A DNA stretch of 64,000 nt from Candidatus Helarchaeota archaeon. Its GTDB lineage: Archaea > Asgardarchaeota > Lokiarchaeia > Helarchaeales > RDOG01. Of the stretch, positions 18,719 to 28,245 are shown piece after piece. Each line of letters starts with the position of its first letter. Position 1 is the first letter of the stretch. The DNA lies in the NCBI GenBank assembly GCA_019058315.1, contig JAHPZH010000004.1:288001-352000 (forward strand), in the 5' to 3' direction. Both the position numbers and the translations under genes were made by a program. The notes beneath the pieces were generated by a model. The model was not told the origin of the DNA. It made no database searches and worked only from the letters and a program-made list of their open reading frames with translations.

Positions 18719-20518
18719 TTATGTCCCCTTTTCTAATTTATAACATGCACCACATATATCGTAAATCTCTAATTTAATTAATTTAATCTCTTTTTCTAAT
18801 GTTATTTTTATTAATTTTTCAAGATTTAGTACATCAATCTTACGATGAAATATTTTTGAAAAGACAATATTACCTCTATTATCTAATAGTTGTAAGATCC
18901 AATGGCTTAATCTTCCAAAAGTTAATTTAGTATGATCAAATTCTATTATCTTTAATGAAATGATTTGATCATTCAAGAAAAAAAAATCTTCAATTTCACA
19001 TTTAAATTCAGAATTAATTATATCCATATTCACTTCCACAACTGGAGCTTTTAAAAATATCCCATTAGTTTTCGACTTTTCCCATATTTGTTCGAGTTTC
19101 CAGAACTGAACTTTTTGTCTCTTATTAGATAGTTCGCTTTTTAACTGATCCCATTTCTCATCTTCAAGAAAATCAGGTGCAATAATGATAAAAGATTCAA
19201 ATATGTGTTTAAAATCTCCAAATTCGGAAATACATATTTCTAATTCATGAGCCGTAAACGTGTGGTGTGGCGGTGAAATATGTAGAAGAGAATTATTGTA
19301 AATTGCTGAAAATATTAATGAATTTGAGATTACTTTTGCATTTAAGAGTTTGCATATAAATTCTATGAATCCATTTTCAAAATACTCTTCTATATAATCA
19401 TATTGATATGAACCTATGGCAATTGACTCAATTGAAAATTTATTCGTTATAAAAAAGTTTTGACATAACGAAATGCCTAACATTCTGGGATCAATGCCTA
19501 CATAATTTCTATTTAACTCGGTAGTTACTTTTGCACAAGTTCCAGATCCTACGAAAATATGCAATAGAATTCCATTTTCTTCCGAAAAGCTTTGTATTAT
19601 TCGTTCATAAACTTTATCTTGTAATTCCCAACCCAAATGAGATAGGGCGAAAGCTTCTAAATCAAGCCAGTTATTATCAACAATATGACCTTGTTTTGGT
19701 TCAACCCAATAAACCGGTTTTCCTTCTGTATTTAACTTAATAGTCCCATTGGCACATCTTTTGTCTATGGTAGCTTGTTTGAATTTCCAATGACTGCCAA
19801 CAGGTGGTGCAATTTTATGTTCTTTTCCGTTAATTTTAAATATACGGGGAGGTCCTTGTCCTTTTGAATGCATTGTGTGCCAATATCCGCCAGATTCTTT
19901 TTCTTTATAACTTGGAATTATTTTGGGATTTTCACTTTTAGTATATATAAAAAAGCAAGAAGTAACTTCTTTTGTAAGAGAATTTGAATCATCAGAGTTT
20001 TTTTGGTAAAATGGAGATTGAATAAAAACCTCATTTAAAAACTTATCATAGCCCAAAGTGTTATCTAATAAAATTTTTAAGTAATGTCTGTACCTTCCAA
20101 TATATTTAATAATAAAGAAACCTTGTTCGCTTAAAAGATCCCAAGTTTCTTTTATTAAAGACTCCAAATTCGTGAAATATTCTTCTATCGAACCTTTAAA
20201 ATAAACTTCTGCTGGCAGACCTATTGGATTATAAAAATTATGAAATTTATTTGGGTCATATAGATTTGGTCTTTTTAAAATAGATGCTTTGTCCTCACTT
20301 TCCTCTTTATAAGGTAAATCAATAAGTATGATTTGATAATCTTTTGGTATTTTACATCGTTCATTAGAAAATTTTAATCCTTTAATAACAGTTATTAAAT
20401 TATGACCCCATAGGAGGAAATTTTGTTTTTTATCAAATTTCTTTGAAAATATTTTTATTAGTGGAGGTAAATTATTTAATCCTGCCAAATTTTGTTTATT
20501 TTTGTTCCAATTTAGCAT
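18719..20518 (-). CDS. Second Mod-like subunit: TRD present, catalytic motifs degenerate
   Basis: LWGHNL, IDLPY (for DPPY), no PTQKP-like motif, HIFVGSGT (for DFFxGSGT). ~85-aa TRD-like insert with PPVGSHW. Confidence 0.8.
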   Translation of the reverse strand: MLNWNKNKQNLAGLNNLPPLIKIFSKKFDKKQNFLLWGHNLITVIKGLKFSNERCKIPKDYQIILIDLPYKEESEDKASILKRPNLYDPNKFHNFYNPIGLPAEVYFKGSIEEYFTNLESLIKETWDLLSEQGFFIIKYIGRYRHYLKILLDNTLGYDKFLNEVFIQSPFYQKNSDDSNSLTKEVTSCFFIYTKSENPKIIPSYKEKESGGYWHTMHSKGQGPPRIFKINGKEHKIAPPVGSHWKFKQATIDKRCANGTIKLNTEGKPVYWVEPKQGHIVDNNWLDLEAFALSHLGWELQDKVYERIIQSFSEENGILLHIFVGSGTCAKVTTELNRNYVGIDPRMLGISLCQNFFITNKFSIESIAIGSYQYDYIEEYFENGFIEFICKLLNAKVISNSLIFSAIYNNSLLHISPPHHTFTAHELEICISEFGDFKHIFESFIIIAPDFLEDEKWDQLKSELSNKRQKVQFWKLEQIWEKSKTNGIFLKAPVVEVNMDIINSEFKCEIEDFFFLNDQIISLKIIEFDHTKLTFGRLSHWILQLLDNRGNIVFSKIFHRKIDVLNLEKLIKITLEKEIKLIKLEIYDICGACYKLEKGT

Positions 20519-20749
20519 ATTTTGCCTCTTTTACGTTATTCCCTCAATATATATTAACTTTTATTTAACTTAAAAATCAAAATTTATTATGTTTCAATGA
20601 TTATGAAAATTAATTATTTAGATTTAACTATCAATTAAAATTATATGAAAAGATTTTACCAAATCCTTAAATTTGTTTTTAAATTACTTATAAATAATTC
20701 TTAACTCAATAAGTATAGAATTAACATTCTATTTAAAGGAGGAAATTAG

Positions 20750-21019
20750 TTGTCTGATAGAGGAATTGAAGTAATTAATCAATTAATTGAGACTGGAGAA
20801 AAATTAGCAAAAAAAGAAAAAGTAACCGAAACTGAATATGCTCACTGGTATTTTAACTGCAATTTTGTAGTGAAAGGTTTTTATGTATCTAAAAAAGAGC
20901 TAAATGTAATTATGACTGAATTTAATGAGCAATTCTCAATGGCAAATAATAATATGAAAATTAAAATGATAATTGGCTTATTATTATCATTGAAAGATCG
21001 GAAGGAAAAGAAACTTTAA
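20750..21019 (+). CDS. Small hypothetical protein
   Basis: 89 aa, AGGAGG RBS before the TTG start. Confidence 0.65.
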   Translation: MSDRGIEVINQLIETGEKLAKKEKVTETEYAHWYFNCNFVVKGFYVSKKELNVIMTEFNEQFSMANNNMKIKMIIGLLLSLKDRKEKKL

Positions 21020-21045
21020 ATCAGATTAATAAGTTAAACATTTAC

Positions 21046-22206
21046 TCACTTATTCAATAACTCTAATTCTAAATTATGAATTTTAACGTCTTTCTCTTTT
21101 ATTTGCTTTTCTAATTCATTAATTTTAGCTTCATCAGTCCGTACAAAAAGCATGACCGCATTTTCCCACTTTAAAAATTGTTCATAAAGCCAACTATCCG
21201 ATTTAATTAAGTCATTGTAATGATCGATTTGCTTATCATAGTGAAAGGTAATCAATTTTAAGTACCAATCATCTAATTTCGGTTTTACATATAATCTAAT
21301 GGAAGTTTCCATGTATCTACGAAAACAATTTGAAGAAAGGGATTCTCTCTTAATTAAATTTAATTTATTGTGAAAATAATTTAACGTATCATTGAAATTT
21401 TTTTCTGAAATTCGTTTCCCATGCCTAGTTAAAAATAATTGTTGTAAATCCAACTCTCTTAAATCCTCTAAATTAAAAAACAACTTCAATTTCTGCTCTA
21501 TTTCTTTTGTAATAAACAGTTTCTTTAACCCCACCATTCTTTTAGAACTCATGAACTCAACTTCCCCTTTTTTTGTCGTTATGTGGTATCTTTCTTGAAA
21601 TTTATTAAGAAAATAATTTCCATTAGTAATTTTATTTAAAATATCATCAATTCGTAACCCTGTTTGACTTAGAAATAAATGTAATAACGCATAATCTTTA
21701 GACCTAAAGCATAAATGGATTTTTCTGTTCAATTTTTTATCCACAAGAACAAAGTTCTTTTCTGAACCATATTTATTTGAATCAATATACCCTTCTATTC
21801 TTTTATTAATAGAAGAAAAATAACTCATTACCCTAGATTGTATCGTGTTCAATATGGTAGTTTCCCCAAACTTCCTCACACCTTTAATTTTAGAATCTCT
21901 AGAAATTTCTAATAAATGGTTAATAAAAGCAATGAAAATTTCACTCCTTTTAGTATCTTCTAATTCTGCAAATCTTTCAATATCCGAATTATGATTATTC
22001 TCTAAAAATTGATTAAACAAGTTCAAATAGTCTATATATTGCCGAAATTTGAATTTATGAATATTTTTTGTGAATTTGCTTCTTGAATGGTATTGACTTA
22101 CTCTTATTCTTAACCAAGAATTCACCTTTTCAGGAAACTTTTTATAAACTCCAAACCTTCTAGCCCAAGTATCCCTGTTATTTTCAATAATTTTATCAAT
22201 TGACAT
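21046..22206 (-). CDS. Second tyrosine recombinase-family protein
   Basis: QTGLRIDD (R), SNCFRR (HxxR with H>N), TFH...DHY (H, Y). Probable start MSIDK at 22206; ORF track start 22254. Confidence 0.78.
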   Translation of the reverse strand: MSIDKIIENNRDTWARRFGVYKKFPEKVNSWLRIRVSQYHSRSKFTKNIHKFKFRQYIDYLNLFNQFLENNHNSDIERFAELEDTKRSEIFIAFINHLLEISRDSKIKGVRKFGETTILNTIQSRVMSYFSSINKRIEGYIDSNKYGSEKNFVLVDKKLNRKIHLCFRSKDYALLHLFLSQTGLRIDDILNKITNGNYFLNKFQERYHITTKKGEVEFMSSKRMVGLKKLFITKEIEQKLKLFFNLEDLRELDLQQLFLTRHGKRISEKNFNDTLNYFHNKLNLIKRESLSSNCFRRYMETSIRLYVKPKLDDWYLKLITFHYDKQIDHYNDLIKSDSWLYEQFLKWENAVMLFVRTDEAKINELEKQIKEKDVKIHNLELELLNK

Positions 22207-22211
22207 TTTAG

Positions 22212-22439
22212 TTACTCCCTTTTTTTCATCAAAGGTATTATTTGAATTATACAACTTGGATTCAAATAAATTGGTTGTTTCTTATCCGGTGTACTGATTT
22301 CTACGAATTTTACATCCCCTATTACCCTAATTTTATCAAAAAAAGCATAGTAAGTCATTCCTTCTATTTGAAAAATGTATTGCATGTCTTTAATCAGACC
22401 GCCTTCTTGCTCATCTAATAACTTTAAATACTCACTCAT
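22212..22439 (-). CDS. Small beta-rich hypothetical protein (Sm/SH3-like pattern)
   Basis: 75 aa; FVEI...IYLNPSCIIQI pattern; operonic with the recombinase. Confidence 0.55.
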   Translation of the reverse strand: MSEYLKLLDEQEGGLIKDMQYIFQIEGMTYYAFFDKIRVIGDVKFVEISTPDKKQPIYLNPSCIIQIIPLMKKRE

Positions 22440-22443
22440 TAAA

Positions 22444-22689
22444 TCACCTCAAAAAATTAGTTATTTTGGATTGTTTCGAAACCGATTTTTTAAGTTTCGC
22501 TTGTTTTGGAACAAATGAAAATAAGGAGTCGAAGAATTGCGGATTTAAACAAACTGATAAATGATAAATGTTGTTTTTATATTGCTTACAATAACCTTTA
22601 TTTCCTTTATTATCAAAACAACGACACCCTTTACAAACTTTCAAGCTAGGTCTAAAACCCTCAGTTCCGTACCAATCGATCTTGCTCAT
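22444..22689 (-). CDS. Small Cys-rich (Zn-finger-like) protein
   Basis: CKGCRC...YC...VC; GGAG upstream. Confidence 0.6.
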   Translation of the reverse strand: MSKIDWYGTEGFRPSLKVCKGCRCFDNKGNKGYCKQYKNNIYHLSVCLNPQFFDSLFSFVPKQAKLKKSVSKQSKITNFLR

Positions 22690-23084
22690 GGGAAATTTTC
22701 TCCTTATTTCCGTCTACGACTAATATACGGGAAATTTCAATTTATTAATTTTCTGAAATATTATCGGGTTTTCATGTAAATCCGATAATATGTTAGCAAT
22801 CAAACAAATCCTTGCTCTTTTGTCAAAATACCCAAGATATCAAACTTCTAACCAACCTCCCAGGTTTTTTGAACGGTTATTCGGTGGTAGCGATAGAGGA
22901 GGAAATGGTCTATGAAAGGAGAAAAAGAGTGGAAAAGACCTTTACGACATTGAAATGAGCCATTGTTATTAACCTTTTCATTTATTTATTTAAAAATTAG
23001 AAATAAATTGATTTCAAAATTAAACTATAAGATTTAATAGTCAATTATTTCAAATATTAAATTTGTATATACTTGGTGGGATAA

Positions 23085-23393
23085 ATGTCGATTGAAGATG
23101 CAATTGAGGAAAGTATGGTTAAACAAAAGAAAAAGGAACAAGAAGAATTACCTTGGAAAATGTGTTTTTGTGTAATCAGCGTAATAATAGTAATAATTGT
23201 TTCTGTTTGGGCGGGAGTTTATTATGCTGATGACCAATCAAAATCTGATTTAGTCTGGTTATTAACATTCGCTGGTTTATCTGGATTCCTTGGAGATATT
23301 ACTGTTGGAGAATGGTTTATAATTGCTTATGCAATACATCCCCAAACTGCAATGACAGCATTATTCTTTGTTTTTGATTTATTTGGAGGTTAG
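23085..23393 (+). CDS. Small membrane protein
   Basis: 102 aa with 2-3 hydrophobic segments; GGTGG upstream. Confidence 0.65.
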   Translation: MSIEDAIEESMVKQKKKEQEELPWKMCFCVISVIIVIIVSVWAGVYYADDQSKSDLVWLLTFAGLSGFLGDITVGEWFIIAYAIHPQTAMTALFFVFDLFGG

Positions 23394-23398
23394 ATAAT

Positions 23399-23590
23399 AT
23401 GGCAGAAGAATATAGAGTAATCGAAGTAAGTTTAGGCGGAATGAGAGGACCAGAAATAAATATTAAAAAGTGGGACGATTTTATAGCCGCAATTAAATTA
23501 AACAATATCAAAACAGTATTTAAAACAGGGAAAACTTTTTTCTTTCATTTAGGCGGTGCCGAAATAAAGTGCAAATATAAGAATGCGTAA
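23399..23590 (+). CDS. Small hypothetical protein, tandem paralog 1
   Basis: Shares EEY.V.E...IK.WDDFI.AIKLNN.KTVFK.GK.FFF.L.G with 23605-23796. Confidence 0.75.
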   Translation: MAEEYRVIEVSLGGMRGPEINIKKWDDFIAAIKLNNIKTVFKTGKTFFFHLGGAEIKCKYKNA

Positions 23591-23604
23591 GAAGGAAGAA
23601 AATT

Positions 23605-23796
23605 ATGAGTGAAGAATATAAAGTAGTTGAAATGAGTCATTCGACATCAATGGCAGGACATACATTTTATATTAAGAATTGGGATGATTTCATAAAAGCA
23701 ATAAAATTAAACAATGTTAAAACGGTATTTAAAAGCGGAAAGGAATTTTTCTTTCCTTTAGAAGGCGTAGTAATAAGGTGTAAATATAAAAAATAA
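23605..23796 (+). CDS. Small hypothetical protein, tandem paralog 2
   Basis: Paralog of 23399-23590; followed by a T-rich tract. Confidence 0.75.
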   Translation: MSEEYKVVEMSHSTSMAGHTFYIKNWDDFIKAIKLNNVKTVFKSGKEFFFPLEGVVIRCKYKK

Positions 23797-23920
23797 ACAA
23801 TTTTTTTTATTTTTTACTGAAAAAAGGGAATGTGTAAAATATATGAGTGTTAAAAACAATAAAAAAGTTTTACTACTGATTTTTAGCTTCGTCATTATTA
23901 ATATTTTAAAGTGATTAAAA

Positions 23921-24178
23921 ATGGTAAAACAAATTACTATAGAAGATAGGTTTAGAGAATGGGAAAGAATGCTTGGAATTGCAGAAAATCTGAAAAAGGA
24001 CAGAGATTCTTTAGAAGATAATACTAAACGAAATCTATTTGATAAAATTATTTTACATTATAAAGGAGAAATAGAGCCATTAGAAGATAACGTAAGAAGA
24101 GAATTAAGAGCTAACCCTGAATTAAAAAAGAAATATGAAGGATTAGCAAAAAGAACTAATGCAGTATTTAAGAGTTAA
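23921..24178 (+). CDS. Small helical hypothetical protein
   Basis: 85-aa charged helical ORF. Confidence 0.6.
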   Translation: MVKQITIEDRFREWERMLGIAENLKKDRDSLEDNTKRNLFDKIILHYKGEIEPLEDNVRRELRANPELKKKYEGLAKRTNAVFKS

Positions 24179-24496
24179 GGGAGTTGAAATTGAGTGAAAC
24201 GAGACTCCAATTTTTTTCATAAGAGATATAAACAAATTGAAGACGCTATGGTTAAAGTAAACTTCAATTCATTGATTTTCATATATTGATACTTTGAAAT
24301 TATTCTATTTATTTGCTAAAATCCCAAAAATCAAATTTGCAATCTGCAATAAATCAAAAAAGATTAAAAATCCTTGAATCTAATCAATCCCCCTTTTTTT
24401 ATCTTCTTTCAATATAAAATACGATCCAAATGAGAAACAAAGGAATTTTTAGGTTTTAAAAGTCGTTCTTGATCTTACAGTCAAATTATCCTCTCA

Positions 24497-25168
24497 TTAT
24501 CCCAATAAGTTCCCTAAGAATAAAAAATATACGACATCCCTAATATCAATCGAATCATAAAATTCGAAAGGAACAAAGAAAATATGTAAATAAATATCAT
24601 GCAAAGCCACCCCTAAACAAAAGCTACACAATAAAGCAAAAAAAATATTTTGATTTACAGTTAAACCCTTTGCATTATAGAAAATAAACAATAAAAGTAG
24701 AAAACCACCAATGCCCCAATACAAATGATGAATATGAACTCCATTAAATATTAATTCCCCATAATTAAAAACTCTAATGAATACTTCTGCAATAAAAAAT
24801 CCTAAAAACAATCCCAAACTAAAAAAAATGCTATATCTTCTAACCCTTCTTTCCTTAACATACAATTTTTCATATTCCTCATCAATATATTTATCTAAAA
24901 GGGTTTCTTTTTTCTGAAAATTGCTCCAAAAAATTATTTTAAATAAATAAATAAATCCGACAATTCCGATCCCTGTTGCAATGGGAAATAAAATAAACTC
25001 AAATAGAGCTTCATTAAAGTTATTTATATGAATGATTACCCAATAATCGTTATTCCATGCTATCAAAAATGTATAATATAAAACAAACCACTCTAATAGG
25101 AGAAAAAAATAACCAAATGCAACTAAAGAATATATTACTCTTCTCTTATTCAACATTTCAATCCCCAT
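24497..25168 (-). CDS. Multi-pass membrane protein with HIHH...HD motif
   Basis: ~5 TM segments; GVHIHHLYWG and LGVALHD. Confidence 0.7.
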   Translation of the reverse strand: MGIEMLNKRRVIYSLVAFGYFFLLLEWFVLYYTFLIAWNNDYWVIIHINNFNEALFEFILFPIATGIGIVGFIYLFKIIFWSNFQKKETLLDKYIDEEYEKLYVKERRVRRYSIFFSLGLFLGFFIAEVFIRVFNYGELIFNGVHIHHLYWGIGGFLLLLFIFYNAKGLTVNQNIFFALLCSFCLGVALHDIYLHIFFVPFEFYDSIDIRDVVYFLFLGNLLG

Positions 25169-25282
25169 TCATGCTTTAAACTAAAATTTCTAATTGTATT
25201 AACATTTATTTGAAATAAGGAAAATAAAGCAAAAACTGAATGTAGGCCAACAAAGAAATTTTTTTGATTTTTATACATTTTT

Positions 25283-26596
25283 TCACCAAAATAGATAATC
25301 AAAAGGATTAAAGTTGTCCTCCACTGTAAATAAGGGATAAGCATAAATTTCTCCTAAAGTTAGATTGTGTCCTGCTTTATAGTAATAAGTATAAAGTCCA
25401 TGAATCGTTATAGTTTTAGATATTGGTGTATTTTCGATGAAAAACGGGAAAAAACCCCTTCCCCAAGCCAATTCATCAGTATAATTATATTTGTATAAAA
25501 ACCAAACCGTTAAACCCATTATATTATGAGATTTGGGGATTTTAACGGTAAATTCCAAGTTTCCTAAATAAAACATATTCAAAGCCATTGGTTTGATAAC
25601 GCTTAAGAATGGAATTGAAAGATCCACTATAGTTCCATTGCTAAATTGTGATAAATCCATTGCCATTAAATCAATCAAATCAAATGGTAATGAATACAAA
25701 CCCACACCTGTCATAAAACCCCAACTTGTAACATTCCTATATTCTCCATACACATTAAAGGAAGGTGAAAACCTAATTCTAATTGTGGTATCTTTGCTCA
25801 AAACGAAATTAGCTATGACTGTAGAGGAAAAAACAATAAATGCGATTAAAAAGATTGTTGCAACTTTAGATAATTGAGTTTTATCAGAAAATTTAATTCC
25901 TAATTTCGAACTAACTTTCTTTTCAAATTCTAGTTCTTGTTTTGTTGTTATGCCCGTAACCTTCCTTTTTCGATAAAACTTTCTCTTGCTCAACTTATAA
26001 TAAACATAAAAACCTAAATCCACGATTAAAACTCCTAAATAGCCAAAAAGTAACCCCGAAACCCCAATAGATAGAGCAAATTCGATTATATGTTTAAAAT
26101 AATCCTTTACATTCATAACGAATATCGTGATGATATTGAAATTGAATAGATTTTCCATTCTAAAAGTAGAAACAACTAAATAAACTCCTATTCCTAAACC
26201 ACCGTACAACCCCAACAATTTTCCTATTTTGTGATTTTTAGTTCTTTTTACTTCTACTCCAATTTGATTTATAATGGTATGTACAAAGAAATAAGCAATA
26301 CCCACGATTAGTATTATGATAGAAATGATGATAACACTTGACTGAAACATGAAATAGCCACCCCAAGCAAAAAGCAACGACAAATCTAAGCCAATAGCAA
26401 TGGGGAATAATATAATGAAGATTGCAACAAATTGGATATTAACCGTACCTCCTAGCAAAGGAAATAATATGTAAAATATTGGTTCGACATAGTAAAATAC
26501 TAAAACCAAAACAATAGCAGTTACAAAGACTATAAAAATATGTGTGAAATCTTTTGAAAATATTTCTTTCATACGACTTGGTTTTGTTTCTTCCAT
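25283..26596 (-). CDS. Multi-pass membrane protein with C-terminal extracellular beta domain
   Basis: ~6 TM segments then a domain with N-x-S/T sequons; ATG overlaps the upstream stop. Confidence 0.75.
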   Translation of the reverse strand: MEETKPSRMKEIFSKDFTHIFIVFVTAIVLVLVFYYVEPIFYILFPLLGGTVNIQFVAIFIILFPIAIGLDLSLLFAWGGYFMFQSSVIIISIIILIVGIAYFFVHTIINQIGVEVKRTKNHKIGKLLGLYGGLGIGVYLVVSTFRMENLFNFNIITIFVMNVKDYFKHIIEFALSIGVSGLLFGYLGVLIVDLGFYVYYKLSKRKFYRKRKVTGITTKQELEFEKKVSSKLGIKFSDKTQLSKVATIFLIAFIVFSSTVIANFVLSKDTTIRIRFSPSFNVYGEYRNVTSWGFMTGVGLYSLPFDLIDLMAMDLSQFSNGTIVDLSIPFLSVIKPMALNMFYLGNLEFTVKIPKSHNIMGLTVWFLYKYNYTDELAWGRGFFPFFIENTPISKTITIHGLYTYYYKAGHNLTLGEIYAYPLFTVEDNFNPFDYLFW

Positions 26597-27384
26597 TATC
26601 CTTCACTCTTTGAATAATATTCCCATTCCTCAATGCTTACTACTTGTTGCTTTGTTAATTTTCTAAAAATCCAAAAAATTGAATCAACTATGAAAACTGA
26701 AATTAGGACTATCAGGAACAAGAAAAAAATTCTAACAAGCATATCAATGGCTACAATTCCACCCATGAACCAAAGAGGAATTGCATAAGCAAAGGGCAAT
26801 ATATAAATAGTTGTTAAATCCGCTAAATCAATCGTAATGTCAACATTAAAAATCCCAAAAGATCCAAATGTAGCTAATGAATATTCAAAAAAGGGGAACA
26901 TATAGAAAATTAATACTATTCCAACTCCAACCCCAACAGATTCTATCAAAATTTTTACTATATTTTGCCCTCTAGTCCTTTTAACCTTATACCTAAATGA
27001 AATTGGGGTGGATAATCCCCAAAAAGCAATAATAACGAAAATAGAAATAACAACTGAATAAACTAAAATTCCAAGATAATTCAAAATAAGGTAATCAACA
27101 AAATGAAACAGTATCCAAATAATATCACCTAAAGTACTTATTGCCGGTGCAAGTAAAACCAATTCTATTGGTAAATACAAAGCGAAATAAGTAATTTGGC
27201 TAAATACTTGGACATAAGAAAATGTAATTTGTGGAATATAGGTTAAAATCATAAAAGAAATTATAAAAATCGTTATCAAAACAAGAATTTTCGTGATATC
27301 ACCTGAAATTATTCCTCTAACATCCTCAGGCACTAGATTCCAACCTTCCTTTATTTTTTCCTCAAATTTTTTCTCTATTTCCAT
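26596..27384 (-). CDS. Multi-pass membrane protein
   Basis: Highly hydrophobic 262 aa; hydropathy layout resembles the N-half of 25283-26596 (KVKRTR vs EVKRTK linker). Confidence 0.75.
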   Translation of the reverse strand: MEIEKKFEEKIKEGWNLVPEDVRGIISGDITKILVLITIFIISFMILTYIPQITFSYVQVFSQITYFALYLPIELVLLAPAISTLGDIIWILFHFVDYLILNYLGILVYSVVISIFVIIAFWGLSTPISFRYKVKRTRGQNIVKILIESVGVGVGIVLIFYMFPFFEYSLATFGSFGIFNVDITIDLADLTTIYILPFAYAIPLWFMGGIVAIDMLVRIFFLFLIVLISVFIVDSIFWIFRKLTKQQVVSIEEWEYYSKSEG

Positions 27385-27399
27385 TACGATAACCTCATT

Positions 27400-28245
27400 T
27401 TAAATTAAAAATTGGAAAATACTAAGTGTGGGTGTTGCACTTCGATAAGCTAATACATTGTTTAGAATGTGAGCTAAACAGCAAGATGAAATTCTCCTAC
27501 CATAAACATAATCAATCGCATAAACGCCTCTCGCAATTGCTGTAAAAAGTAGTTTACTCAGTTCACCACCATAAACCGAGAGATGATAAACCCCAAATAA
27601 AAAAACTACTAATGGGATTGTTAAACCGTCAATGTGTGGCAAAAAGAAGGTTTCAAATCCCCATGTAAACAATAATTCCTCTCCAACTGCAATTATTATG
27701 CTAACCACATATTGATTATAGCTTAAATTGAAAAATGATAAAGCTGTACTAAAGAAAAAAACTGAAATAAAAGAATTGATTACAAACATTAAAAGCAAAT
27801 GTAAACCAACTTCGCCAAACTCTCTTAAAGAAAATAAACCCTCAATTGTTGTTCTTGTTGTTGTTAAAGGTATTTGATTGCCTTTTTCATCTTTATAAAA
27901 AATCTGTACCCATCTTGTTTTTTCTTTCTTGGTTTCCTCATCAACATATTTTTCTTTCTTTTTCGCTAATATTATATTGCTCACAATCTTTAAGCAAATC
28001 CCAAAAATCCCCAACAAGCCGATAATCATTAATTTAATGACCATTTTTTGAATTTCAAACATTATGGGGTTCAATTGGGGATATTGGAACGTAATGATAT
28101 TGATTAGAGTAAAATTATAGGTAATAACGATTGCAAAAACTCCTAAAATTAGAATAAACGGAAAATCCACCTTATCAGGTCTAAACCACCTATTTTTTGG
28201 GTGGTAATCCCAACCATATTCTAAAATAAATTCCTCTAAACTCAT
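27400..28245 (-). CDS. CPBP (CAAX/Rce1-like) intramembrane glutamic protease
   Basis: GEELLF (EExxxR with R>T), FGVYH (FxxxH), AHILNN (HxxxN). Confidence 0.82.
   Translation of the reverse strand: MSLEEFILEYGWDYHPKNRWFRPDKVDFPFILILGVFAIVITYNFTLINIITFQYPQLNPIMFEIQKMVIKLMIIGLLGIFGICLKIVSNIILAKKKEKYVDEETKKEKTRWVQIFYKDEKGNQIPLTTTRTTIEGLFSLREFGEVGLHLLLMFVINSFISVFFFSTALSFFNLSYNQYVVSIIIAVGEELLFTWGFETFFLPHIDGLTIPLVVFLFGVYHLSVYGGELSKLLFTAIARGVYAIDYVYGRRISSCCLAHILNNVLAYRSATPTLSIFQFLI

Noticed and set aside
18719-20518. ModA as a simple pseudogene
   Set aside because: Full-length uninterrupted ORF coupled to res, with losses complementary to ModB. Decay is not excluded but is less parsimonious.
22790-22960. 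GC-richer intergenic patch with short ORFs (41-aa MLAIKQ...; GAGGAGG-preceded 17-aa ORF) or an ncRNA
   Set aside because: No recognisable motif or convincing stem-loop; too short to support.
24190-24490. Possible frameshifted small genes between the convergent operons
   Set aside because: All frames I checked close quickly and show no similarity to neighbours.
25150-25344. 64-aa ORF inside the membrane operon
   Set aside because: Overlaps both neighbours; only a ~42-aa version from the internal ATG is plausible and it cannot be supported.
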